NCBI GenBank assembly: GCA_024234615.1
Contig: JACKNY010000002.1
Location: 243,528-307,527, forward strand
Origin: Pseudomonadales bacterium
Lineage (GTDB): Bacteria; Pseudomonadota; Gammaproteobacteria; Pseudomonadales; IMCC2047
Direction of reading: 5' to 3'
DNA: 64,000 nucleotides
Below, piece after piece: positions 20,069 through 28,848 of the stretch. The notes beneath the pieces were generated by a model, which did no database searches, was not told the DNA's origin, and was given only the letters and a program-made list of their open reading frames with translations. The position numbers were made by a program, and so were the translations under genes. Position 1 is the first letter of the stretch; the number at the start of each line of letters is the position of its first letter.

Positions 20069-21028
20069 CTACTTGGCTGCTTCAAGCGCATAAGAATCTA
20101 GTGCAACTGCTTTCACCTGATCAAACATAAAATCCAATGCCTTATGCTGGGTAAAAGCCTGCAAACATTGCTGACGAAACTCCTGTTCGGTAGCATTTTC
20201 TTTGGCGCTAATAAAAGACCAGGGCAGAATCAGCGCGTCTTTGATCAGGTCTGCGATATCAAATACCAAGGCACCTCTCCGGGTTTTACCGTGCATCACT
20301 GCAAAACCATGAGGAATGCCTAATACCCATAGGGTGGTCGCAGCCAGACCATAAGCGAGGTAGTTGCCATGATTGAGAAATGCGTTAGCGGTGTCAGTAG
20401 CTTCACGCTCGCGTACAAAATCACCGTATTTGGTGCTGTTGGCTGCCGTTTTATATAGCTGCTTGGTGAGCTGGGCTTCGATTTTCAGAAGGTCACCAAC
20501 TTTCGACGCTTTTTCGATTTTGTGAAGAAAGTTATTTAATGCCTGGATAATGTGGTCATCATCGCTGCTAAAACCCTCTGCTTTTAAATCGCGATCTTTG
20601 CGCCAAACTTGCTGCAGGTAAGAAATTCTTGCTCGTTGAAAATATTTTGCGGCTTGCAAGCGTTTTTCGTCGTCAAACCAGAATTGCATCCAGCCCTGGA
20701 TATATTCGGTAGGACGGTATTCGCTTTGCGGAGACAGCCATTCAATTTCGTTCGCCATGAGCAATGGCGTCCCACCTCCACCACAAAAGCCTAGCAACAC
20801 GCCTGCTTGCGCCAGCATTCTGGTAGCGGCCTGTGTTATCGATGTTCCAGTACCAAGCAAAAGGCAGGTGGTATTAGCGATCGGGATATTCCAATACTGA
20901 TTTTGATTTTTCTCTTCCGTGAGGTAGAGCACACGGCCATCCTTCTGCATGACACGGCATTTTTCGAGGTAATAGATATTGGCGCGCTTGGAGTGCAGGA
21001 TTGCTTTAAGGTCTGTTAATTGATCCAT
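20069..21028 (-). CDS. cas1f: Type I-F Cas1
   Basis: ILHSKRANIYYLEKCRV, WNIPIANT, GTGTSITQAA, LNHGNYLAYGLAA, HGKTRRGALVFDIAD. Confidence 0.98.
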   Translation of the reverse strand: MDQLTDLKAILHSKRANIYYLEKCRVMQKDGRVLYLTEEKNQNQYWNIPIANTTCLLLGTGTSITQAATRMLAQAGVLLGFCGGGGTPLLMANEIEWLSPQSEYRPTEYIQGWMQFWFDDEKRLQAAKYFQRARISYLQQVWRKDRDLKAEGFSSDDDHIIQALNNFLHKIEKASKVGDLLKIEAQLTKQLYKTAANSTKYGDFVREREATDTANAFLNHGNYLAYGLAATTLWVLGIPHGFAVMHGKTRRGALVFDIADLIKDALILPWSFISAKENATEQEFRQQCLQAFTQHKALDFMFDQVKAVALDSYALEAAK

Positions 21029-21067
21029 CAACAAAACTCCATTCCTGAAGCCCAGTTTCGATAGTCC

Positions 21068-21076
21068 ATTATATCA
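21068..21076 (-). promoter_or_regulatory. Extended -10 promoter element for cas1
   Basis: Minus-strand TGATATAAT (TGn-TATAAT) about 40 nt upstream of the cas1 ATG. Confidence 0.55.
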
Positions 21077-21290
21077 ATTTGTGAGGTTTCAACGTTCTCG
21101 ATAAACTGTCGTTTGTTCACGCTAACTTCCTTTTATTCCTTGTGTGACACCAGTATAGCCAGTACTTTGGTCAAAACATGTCCTGTCGATTTATCCAGTA
21201 TTTTTTATCCGACTAAAGCCAAACCTACTCTTGTGAGACTGAACGGGACTCGGCTTGAGCCTTTATTGATTTTCAGTCTCCCACATAGAG

Positions 21291-21488
21291 TTATCGGTCT
21301 TTTCTTTTAGGCTCTGGCGGTGTCATTAGTAGCCAGACCGAATTGAAAGCTATTTTAAGTTGTTTACCATATTTTTGTTCCTTCACATCGAATTTTTGTG
21401 CCAATTCTTGATGTGAATTTAGCAGCTGCCTGAGTCGTACAAACGTGCGCATAATGACAATATTGGTTTGTAAACGCCCTTTCGGCAT
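21291..21488 (-). pseudogene. C-terminal remnant of an ORF6N-domain protein
   Basis: NIVIMRTFVRLRQLL.SH.ELA.K...E.KY...LMTPPEPKRK resembles the ORF6N-family C-terminus; N-terminal domain absent. Confidence 0.65.
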
Positions 21489-21506
21489 GTGGTTAATCGC
21501 TTCCTT

Positions 21507-22490
21507 TTAGGGCTGGCGGATGCGTTTGCCGCTGTAGATTTCCAGCCCCGCATGCAATCGATTTTGCACAGCCTTGCGCAATTTTACCGGCGCTTCAACA
21601 TAAACGTGAGGAATGTGTTTTAGGATATCCTGCATCAACTCCCGTTCATCCGCATAGGGTAAACTGAGCAGATATTCATTCCCTTGCCATTCTCCTTGCT
21701 GTTGCGGATGCCATTGTTGAAGTGCGATTTCGCGAGCAATTGTTTGGTCGAATCTTAGCTTGGCGGTATGTTTGGCTTGACCGGCAAAGATACCAAAACT
21801 TTGTTCGAAATGGTCTCTCAATACTTGGGCAGGAATAGCCTTTGCTTTCTGATCGGTGATTTCCAGCCATTCGATTCTGGCTAACGAAAAGGTACGGAGC
21901 TCTTGGCGCAGATGACACCAGGCATCGATATACCAGTTTTCGCGATAATACACGAGATTTTGCGGGCTGATCAGGCGCTTGGTTTTCTGTTGATGATAGC
22001 TCGAATAGCGAATGTTCAAACACTGGTGCTGTAGCAACGCTTCACCCACCAACCGAAAAGTGCGGTTGGTAATCTGGCGGTTTGCCATGGGCAGCACTTT
22101 GATATGCTGATCAAACTCGGAGCGTTTGATACCTCTGGCACTTAACAGGCGGTCGATTTGCCGGTCAATCACCCCCAACTCGTCACGCAACAAGCCTTTG
22201 CCAAAGCTTTCCATGCTGTGCATGAGTAGAGTGAGAGATTGCAGTTCATCACTGGTTAGCCAGAGGCCGGGCAGTTCAAATAAATCTCTGTTTTCCCCAA
22301 CATATTGCCAGCCTTTTTCCTTAGCAAAATACTCAATTGGCGCATCGAGATAATCCCGCATTTGCGCTATAGTGCGTTTGACAGTTCTTTCGCCACACTC
22401 TAATTTTTGTGCGAGCAAACTCAGAGTAACTGGTCGTCGATGGTTCTTGAAAATACGATGCAATAGTTGGAAGCGGTCGAACTTGTCCAT
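21507..22490 (-). CDS. WYL-domain transcriptional regulator (HTH-WYL-WCX)
   Basis: N-term wHTH (LAQKLECGERTVKRTI), ENWYIDAWCHLRQELRTFSLARI, SFGIF. Confidence 0.93.
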   Translation of the reverse strand: MDKFDRFQLLHRIFKNHRRPVTLSLLAQKLECGERTVKRTIAQMRDYLDAPIEYFAKEKGWQYVGENRDLFELPGLWLTSDELQSLTLLMHSMESFGKGLLRDELGVIDRQIDRLLSARGIKRSEFDQHIKVLPMANRQITNRTFRLVGEALLQHQCLNIRYSSYHQQKTKRLISPQNLVYYRENWYIDAWCHLRQELRTFSLARIEWLEITDQKAKAIPAQVLRDHFEQSFGIFAGQAKHTAKLRFDQTIAREIALQQWHPQQQGEWQGNEYLLSLPYADERELMQDILKHIPHVYVEAPVKLRKAVQNRLHAGLEIYSGKRIRQP

Positions 22491-22573
22491 GTTTCTTTTG
22501 GTGTACTATAAAAAGATGTCCCGGATGATAAACCGAAAGTCTCAAGGGATTCAATCGGCAGACCCTACTTGAT

Positions 22574-22613
22574 AGCGCTCAGTCTAGCCTTCTCCCCGGT
22601 CAGGGAGAAGGCT
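22574..22613 (-). repeat. REP-like hairpin repeat / terminator after purL
   Basis: AGCCTTCTCCC-N6-GGGAGAAGGCT stem; related to the copy at 62306-62340. Confidence 0.6.
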
Positions 22614-22657
22614 TTTGTATTATCGGCAACGCCTTCGCCCTAACATGCCTGCAAATT

Positions 22658-25600
22658 CTATCCTAACCACACCCGCGCATTACGGAACATCCGCAGCCAG
22701 GCGCCATCTTCCTGCCACTCGCTTGGATACCAGGAATTCTGTACGGCGCGAAATACCCGTTCCGGATGCGGCATCATGATCGTAACCCGCCCATCCTGGT
22801 TTGTTAGCCCGGTGATGCCCTGGGGAGTGCCGTTAGGGTTTTGCGGGTAATTTTCAGTGATAGCCCCATGGTTATCAACATAACGCAGACTAACGAGTTG
22901 GTTGTTGGTTAACGCCTCAATACTTCCGGCATTTTTAAATTCCGCACGACCCTCGCCGTGTGCAACAGCAATAGGTAGGCGTGACCCCGCCATGCCCTGT
23001 AGCATGACTGATAATGAATCCTGTACCTCTACCATCGCCACACGTGCTTCGAATTGTTCGGATTGATTGCGCACAAAATGCGGCCAGTGTTCAGTGCCGG
23101 GAATCAGTTCATGAAGGTTAGAGAGCATCTGACAACCGTTACACACACCCAAGGTAAAGTTGTCCTGACGAGTGAACCAGGCGCAGAATTGGTCTCTTGC
23201 ACGGGTATTGAAAAGTATCGATTTAGCCCAACCTTCTCCCGCTCCCAAGACATCGCCGTAAGAAAAACCGCCACAGGCCGCCAGACCTTTGAAATCATCC
23301 AGCGTCACTCGCCCGGATAAGATGTCACTCATGTGTACATCGACACTGGCGAAACCGGCACGATCAAATGCCGCTGCCATTTCCACCTGTCCGTTTACAC
23401 CCTGTTCGCGTAACACCGCAATACGTGGGCGAGCACCTCGATTGAGGTAAGGAGCAGAGATATCATCGTTTTGATCATAAGTTAAATTTACCGATAATCC
23501 GGGGTCATCAGCTGTTAACAGCTGATCAAATTCCTGTTTTGCACATTCCGCATTATCACGTAACGACTGAATACGGTAACTGGTTTCCGACCACCAGCGT
23601 TGCGCCTGTATGCGAGAAATGTCCAGCAGGGTGTTTTCCTGTGCGATAAAGCGGATGCTGTCCTGATCATTCAACTTAGCCACCACGTATGCGCAATCAG
23701 CAAATCCGGCAGCACTCAGTTGGGTGAGAATCTGCTCTGTATTACTACGTGCCACTTGCAATACAACTCCCAATTCCTCAGTAAATAAGGCGGCACTTAC
23801 CAGACTGCTGTTTTCCGCCAGGATATCCAGATTCACATCTAACCCCACGTGCCCGGCGAATGCCATTTCACACAGCGTCGTGAACAGACCACCGTCGGCG
23901 CGATCATGATAGGCCAATAATAACTGGTCTTCGATTAAGCCCTGTACCACCGCAAACAACGCTTTGAGGTCTTCCGCCTCATCCAGATCCGGCGCTTGAT
24001 CACCGATTTGTTTGTACACCTGCGCCAGCGCCGAAGCGCCCAAGCGGTTTTGTCCCCGGCCTAAATCAACCAGGATCAGATCCGTTTCACCGGCATCGGT
24101 TTTTAGCTGAGGCGTAACGGTTTTACGCACGTCTTTGACTGGCGCGAAACTGCTGATTATCAGCGATAGTGGAGCGGTTACACTTTTCTGTTCATCTCCC
24201 TCTTGCCATTGAGTTCGCATGGACATGGAATCCTTACCGACAGGAATAGCAATACCTAGGGCCGGACACAATTCCATTCCGACAGCTTTTACTGTGGCGT
24301 AGAGATTTTCATCTTCGCCCGGATGCCCTGCCGCAGCCATCCAGTTTGCCGATAGCTTAATTTGCCCAATATCGCCTATATTGGCGCTGGCAATATTCGT
24401 AATGGCTTCAGCAATGGCTAGTCGACCGGAAGCGGGTGAGTCGATTAATGCAACAGGAGTACGCTCACCCATCGCCATGGCTTCACCGGCGTAGGTATCA
24501 TAGGCACTAATAGTCACCGCTGCATCGGCAACCGGTATTTGCCAGGGGCCGACAAACTGGTCGCGAGCAACCATCCCAGTGATCGAGCGATCGCCAATAG
24601 TTATCAAAAAACTCTTGCTGGCTACTGTGGGTAGCTTCAGTACGCGTTCAGCTGCTTCCAGCAGGTCAATGTTACTGCTATCAAATTCATCCGGTTGAAA
24701 TGCAACACGTTCTACCTGACGTAACATTTTTGGCGGTTTACCTAACAACACATTGAGCGGCATATCCACCGGTGTATTATTGAAATGGGCATCCTCAACG
24801 ACCAGCTGCTGTTCATCAGTGGCCTCACCAATGACCGCATAGAGACAGCGTTCGCGCTGACAGATAGCTTCAAATCGATCCCAGTCTTCGGGTTTTACGG
24901 CTAACGAGTAGCGTTCTTGCGACTCATTGCACCAGATTTCCAAAGGCGACATACCCGGCTCATCACTGGGCACATTGCGCAGTTGAATACGACCACCCTT
25001 ATCGCAATCAGATACCAGCTCCGGAAAAGCATTGGACAAACCGCCCGCACCGATGTCGTGAATAAAGGCGATTGGGTTTCGCTCCCCAAGCTGCCAGCAT
25101 TGGTCAATCACCTCCTGACAACGGCGCTCCATTTCCGGATTATCTCGTTGTACCGACGCAAAATCCAAATCTTCGCTACTGCTACCGGAAGCCATTGAAG
25201 ATGCAGCGCCTCCGCCCAAACCAATCAGCATGGCCGGACCACCCAACAAGACGAGCTTGGTACCCGCAGGGATGCCGGTTTTAATCACATGCTCAGCGCG
25301 AATATTACCCAAACCACCAGCGATCATGATGGGTTTATGATAACCACGCACCTCTTCTCCTGCTGCTCCCTTCGTCTTTTCCTCAAAGGTGCGAAAGTAA
25401 CCGCACAGATTGGGCCGACCGAATTCATTGTTGAACCCGGCGCCACCGAGAGGGCCTTCGATCATTATGTCTAACGCCGAAACAATGCGTCCCGGTTTAC
25501 CGTAATCGCTTTCCCAGGGTTGCTCAAAACCAGGAATCTTTAGGTTAGAAACGGAAAACCCTGTGAGCCCCGCTTTTGGCTTGGCGCCTTTTCCTGTCGC

Positions 25601-26560
25601 ACCTTCATCGCGAATTTCTCCGCCGGAACCTGTTGCTGCACCGGGATAAGGAGCAATAGCCGTTGGGTGGTTATGGGTTTCCACCTTCATCAGAATATGA
25701 ATATCCTGGGTGTTGGCGGCGTACTCTTTTGTCTCCGGATCAGGATAAAAACGCCCCGCCTTGGAACCTGCGATCACCGCCGAATTATCGGAATAAGCAG
25801 ACAGTACGCCAGTACCATTTAATTGTGTGGTGTTGCGGATCATCGCGAACAGGGATTTATCCTGTTCTTGACCATCGATAACCCAGTCAGCGTTAAAGAT
25901 TTTATGACGGCAATGTTCCGAGTTCGCCTGGGCAAACATCATTAATTCGACATCGGTGGGGTTACGGCCCAGAGCAGTAAAATTTTCGACCAGGTATTCA
26001 ATTTCATCTTCCGCAAGCGCCAAACCAAGATCAACGTTTGCCCGCGACAGCTCTGCCTTACCTCCCTGAAGAATATCCACCGAGATGAATGGTTTGGGCT
26101 CGGCATGCTGAAATATTCGAGTCGCGTCGTTGGCATCATCAAGAATCGTTTCCGTCATCCGATCATGGATGAGCGGTACAATCGCCTCGCGTTCAAGCTG
26201 ACTGAGTGGAGAGGACGATTGTATATAGTAAGCAATGCCCCGCTCCAACCGCTTGACCACTTCCAGCCCACAATTATGTGCGATATCGGTGGCTTTACTG
26301 GACCAGGGCGAAATCGTACCAAAACGGGGAAGCACCAAAAACAACTCTCCCTGCGCCGCCTTGATTTCTGCCTTAGGCCCATAGGTTAAAAGCTTGGCGA
26401 GAACGTCCTTGTGTTGCGTACTAAGCTCCGTCGCCAGTTCAGCAAAGTGCTGGAATTCGGCGTAGACATTCTCCACCGTCGGCGCAACGAGCTTAAGTTG
26501 ATCGAGTAATTTTTTAAGACGGAAATCGGAAAGAGCGGGAGCACCACGCAATTGAAGCAT
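22658..26560 (-). CDS. purL: Phosphoribosylformylglycinamidine synthase (large single-chain type)
   Basis: [11 protein letters not shown] start, [41 protein letters not shown]. Start ATG 26560. Confidence 0.99.
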   Translation of the reverse strand: MLQLRGAPALSDFRLKKLLDQLKLVAPTVENVYAEFQHFAELATELSTQHKDVLAKLLTYGPKAEIKAAQGELFLVLPRFGTISPWSSKATDIAHNCGLEVVKRLERGIAYYIQSSSPLSQLEREAIVPLIHDRMTETILDDANDATRIFQHAEPKPFISVDILQGGKAELSRANVDLGLALAEDEIEYLVENFTALGRNPTDVELMMFAQANSEHCRHKIFNADWVIDGQEQDKSLFAMIRNTTQLNGTGVLSAYSDNSAVIAGSKAGRFYPDPETKEYAANTQDIHILMKVETHNHPTAIAPYPGAATGSGGEIRDEGATGKGAKPKAGLTGFSVSNLKIPGFEQPWESDYGKPGRIVSALDIMIEGPLGGAGFNNEFGRPNLCGYFRTFEEKTKGAAGEEVRGYHKPIMIAGGLGNIRAEHVIKTGIPAGTKLVLLGGPAMLIGLGGGAASSMASGSSSEDLDFASVQRDNPEMERRCQEVIDQCWQLGERNPIAFIHDIGAGGLSNAFPELVSDCDKGGRIQLRNVPSDEPGMSPLEIWCNESQERYSLAVKPEDWDRFEAICQRERCLYAVIGEATDEQQLVVEDAHFNNTPVDMPLNVLLGKPPKMLRQVERVAFQPDEFDSSNIDLLEAAERVLKLPTVASKSFLITIGDRSITGMVARDQFVGPWQIPVADAAVTISAYDTYAGEAMAMGERTPVALIDSPASGRLAIAEAITNIASANIGDIGQIKLSANWMAAAGHPGEDENLYATVKAVGMELCPALGIAIPVGKDSMSMRTQWQEGDEQKSVTAPLSLIISSFAPVKDVRKTVTPQLKTDAGETDLILVDLGRGQNRLGASALAQVYKQIGDQAPDLDEAEDLKALFAVVQGLIEDQLLLAYHDRADGGLFTTLCEMAFAGHVGLDVNLDILAENSSLVSAALFTEELGVVLQVARSNTEQILTQLSAAGFADCAYVVAKLNDQDSIRFIAQENTLLDISRIQAQRWWSETSYRIQSLRDNAECAKQEFDQLLTADDPGLSVNLTYDQNDDISAPYLNRGARPRIAVLREQGVNGQVEMAAAFDRAGFASVDVHMSDILSGRVTLDDFKGLAACGGFSYGDVLGAGEGWAKSILFNTRARDQFCAWFTRQDNFTLGVCNGCQMLSNLHELIPGTEHWPHFVRNQSEQFEARVAMVEVQDSLSVMLQGMAGSRLPIAVAHGEGRAEFKNAGSIEALTNNQLVSLRYVDNHGAITENYPQNPNGTPQGITGLTNQDGRVTIMMPHPERVFRAVQNSWYPSEWQEDGAWLRMFRNARVWLG

Positions 26561-26650
26561 TTTAACTGAATTCTCTCGGCTATTTTGGGGGGACAAAAAG
26601 GGCAGCGCTAATGATACTGAAAGCGGCCACTTACCGCCACTAATTAAGGG

Positions 26651-27139
26651 CTATTTACTCTTTCTAACCTGGTCGCGGCGGCGCTTAAAAAACTGGCTCA
26701 TTAATGCAGAGCATTCCTCGGACAACACCCCTCCCAGCCAATCGATTTTATGGTTAAAAAAATGTGCATCCAATAACTGTGCATTGCTTTCAATGGCACC
26801 CGATTTCAACTCTCTCGCACCGTATACCAACTGCTTAATACGCGCGTGCACCATCGCGCCTGTGCACATAGTGCAGGGTTCAATCGTGACATAAAGAGTG
26901 CAGTCTACCAACCGGTAATTGCCGAGGTGTTTCGCTGCCTCTCGCAACGCCATCATTTCCGCGTGCGCGGTGGGATCATTGGTGGAAATGGGCTGATTGA
27001 AGCCTCGCCCAACAATTTGATCATCCTTAACCACAATTGCGCCCACCGGCACTTCATTCAAATGCTCGGCTTGACGCGCTAACGCAAGCGCTTCGCCCAT
27101 CCATTTTTCGTGATTCGGGTCTGTGATAACTGAGTTCAT
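26651..27139 (-). CDS. tadA: tRNA adenosine(34) deaminase
   Basis: EVPVGA, DPTAHAE, LYVTIEPCTMCTGAMVHARI, FNH. Confidence 0.97.
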   Translation of the reverse strand: MNSVITDPNHEKWMGEALALARQAEHLNEVPVGAIVVKDDQIVGRGFNQPISTNDPTAHAEMMALREAAKHLGNYRLVDCTLYVTIEPCTMCTGAMVHARIKQLVYGARELKSGAIESNAQLLDAHFFNHKIDWLGGVLSEECSALMSQFFKRRRDQVRKSK

Positions 27140-27196
27140 TTGGCAATAAGGTGCCTTTGTCTGACTGAAGCCTAATCTACGAAGAGTATCGAGCGG

Positions 27197-27300
27197 TCAC
27201 TCCCACTCTATTATCAATAAGCCTTTTTTGTCTTTAATATTCAATAGCTTATTTTCCTGCTAAATAGGAATACCATGAAAAATACCATGCTCAAAAATTT
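27197..27300. repeat. att junction 1 (outer boundary): guaA-end core plus arm repeats
   Basis: TCACTCCCACTC (reverse complement = E-W-E-stop), then AATACCATGAAAAATACCATG at 27269-27289; imperfect ~100-bp direct repeat of 31481-31585. Confidence 0.85.
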
Positions 27301-27437
27301 CTTGTAAATATATATCCTGAGCGGAAGAATGCGCCACTTTACAGCATCGATGCAGATATCTCTCAAATCCAGTTTCATCTGCCGGGGTCTCTAACCCCGC
27401 TTTCGCAGAAAACATCCTCAAGTAACAACGACTCCGG

Positions 27438-27839
27438 TCATTGCGCTAAAAGCTGGCTATCGAGAAATTTCCTTACAGCTGCCAAATCGACGACAAAACC
27501 ACCCAACATTTTTTTCATTGGCGCCGAACCATCGAACACCGGATTGTCATTCGGTGTTTGAAGCCACTGATCGCTGAGCGCTTCTTCGGGAAAGAGTATT
27601 TGTAGCGCTCTATAAATGCCCAGGATATAGCTGGCCCTTTCCAGAAAGTCTCGGGTCAATTTCGCTTTTTCCGGCTGATTTTTCCAATTGTAGAAGGTCT
27701 TCTCGTTGCTCAGACCCAGCAGAGTCATTTGCTCGTGCCCGCTAAGATGCCACAACGCAAAAATATTGAATATAGCTGGCAGCAAGGAACCTGGCTCGAT
27801 GGAGTAAGGTTGCAATAGCTTCTCGAATTCTGCTTTCAT
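27438..27839 (-). CDS. Xre/MbcA/ParS-type (DUF2384) antitoxin, orphan
   Basis: HTH N-term, ER.SYILGIYRALQILFP, W...PN.NP.F.G..P, DL..VR.FLD; no RES toxin follows. Confidence 0.85.
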   Translation of the reverse strand: MKAEFEKLLQPYSIEPGSLLPAIFNIFALWHLSGHEQMTLLGLSNEKTFYNWKNQPEKAKLTRDFLERASYILGIYRALQILFPEEALSDQWLQTPNDNPVFDGSAPMKKMLGGFVVDLAAVRKFLDSQLLAQ

Positions 27840-27850
27840 CTCTGCCCCTT

Positions 27851-27901
27851 AATACTGTAACAATACAGTATTTACAGACTCCCATACTGTACTATTACAG
27901 T
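27851..27901. promoter_or_regulatory. Two palindromic operators upstream of the DUF2384 gene
   Basis: AATACTGTA-ACAA-TACAGTATT (27851-27872) and ACTGTA-CTAT-TACAGT (27886-27901). Confidence 0.6.
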
Positions 27902-27933
27902 CAACTATGGGTTTGACAGCAAACCATTTGACT

Positions 27934-27983
27934 TTACGGATAAATCCCGTAATACTTTTATTGATTACGGAGATTTTCCGTAA
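27934..27983. promoter_or_regulatory. Two operators upstream of the DUF1778-GNAT operon
   Basis: TTACGG-N7-CCGTAA at 27934-27952 and 27965-27983. Confidence 0.7.
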
Positions 27984-28002
27984 ATAGTATTTGGAGATTA
28001 AC

Positions 28003-28290
28003 ATGTCTAAAGTTTTACGCTATGAAATGCAGTGGGATGAGGAAACTTATGCGCTGGCAGAGCGTGCTGCACGCGCGTCCGGTTTAACCAGCATCAAGGC
28101 CTATGTCACTCAGTTGGTGAAACAGCATGCGCCCGAGGCATTGGAAGCCTACAGCAGTATTCAACTGACCAATGCGCAATTCGATGCCTTTTGCGAGGCT
28201 TGTGACAACCCGCCAGCACCAACCGATAAACTCCGTAAGGTGGCAGAAGCACTTGACCAAGAGGGCTTCGTGCTGAATGCCAACCACTGA
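28003..28290 (+). CDS. DUF1778 (TacA/AtaR-like) RHH antitoxin
   Basis: LAERAARASG, I.LTNAQFDAFCEACDNPPAPTDKL; ATG 28003 after GGAG; overlaps the GNAT gene. Confidence 0.85.
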   Translation: MSKVLRYEMQWDEETYALAERAARASGLTSIKAYVTQLVKQHAPEALEAYSSIQLTNAQFDAFCEACDNPPAPTDKLRKVAEALDQEGFVLNANH

Positions 28291-28813
28291 GTTTTTGCCA
28301 CTGGATCCCAGTGCAATCAATGTTAAATCATTCGATTGCGGCAAGGATGCCATTAACACCTACCTGCGTCGCTACGCGGCAAAGAATATGGCATTGAACC
28401 TCAACCGGACCTTTGTTCTGCCCTATATACCCGAGGCCCTTGCCCCTAAAGAAGGATCAGGGAAATCTCATGTGGCTGCTTATTACACCTTGGCCCATCA
28501 GACCCTGGTTCGTGAAGAGTTGCCCGATCCATCCCGCCTGCCGCGATACCCTGTTCCCGTGATCCTGCTCGCTCAACTTGGAATCGACCGACGGTTCCAC
28601 CGGCAAGGCCTGGGGGCAAAAACACTGGTTCACGCACTTAGACATGCCTATCAGATCGCCAGCAACCCAAATGGCATACCTGCTCTGGGCATCGTTCTAG
28701 ACGTGCTTGATCAGGAAGCGTTGGCCTTTTACCGATCTTTCGACTTTTTCTTACCGTTAAGAGACAGCCCCATGAAGCTATTCGTGCCCATGGCATCATT
28801 GGAGACACTATAA
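28277..28813 (+). CDS. GNAT acetyltransferase toxin (TacT/AtaT-like)
   Basis: FDCG...INTYL, AAYYTL, PVILLAQLGIDRRFHRQGLG, FYRSFDF, LFVPM. Confidence 0.88.
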   Translation: MPTTEFLPLDPSAINVKSFDCGKDAINTYLRRYAAKNMALNLNRTFVLPYIPEALAPKEGSGKSHVAAYYTLAHQTLVREELPDPSRLPRYPVPVILLAQLGIDRRFHRQGLGAKTLVHALRHAYQIASNPNGIPALGIVLDVLDQEALAFYRSFDFFLPLRDSPMKLFVPMASLETL

Positions 28814-28848
28814 GCACCTATCGCTGCATCCGTCCATGGAACAACATC

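Noticed and set aside
27851-27901. CTGT...ACAG palindromes as LexA boxes
   Set aside because: Spacing is N6, not the N8 required for LexA.
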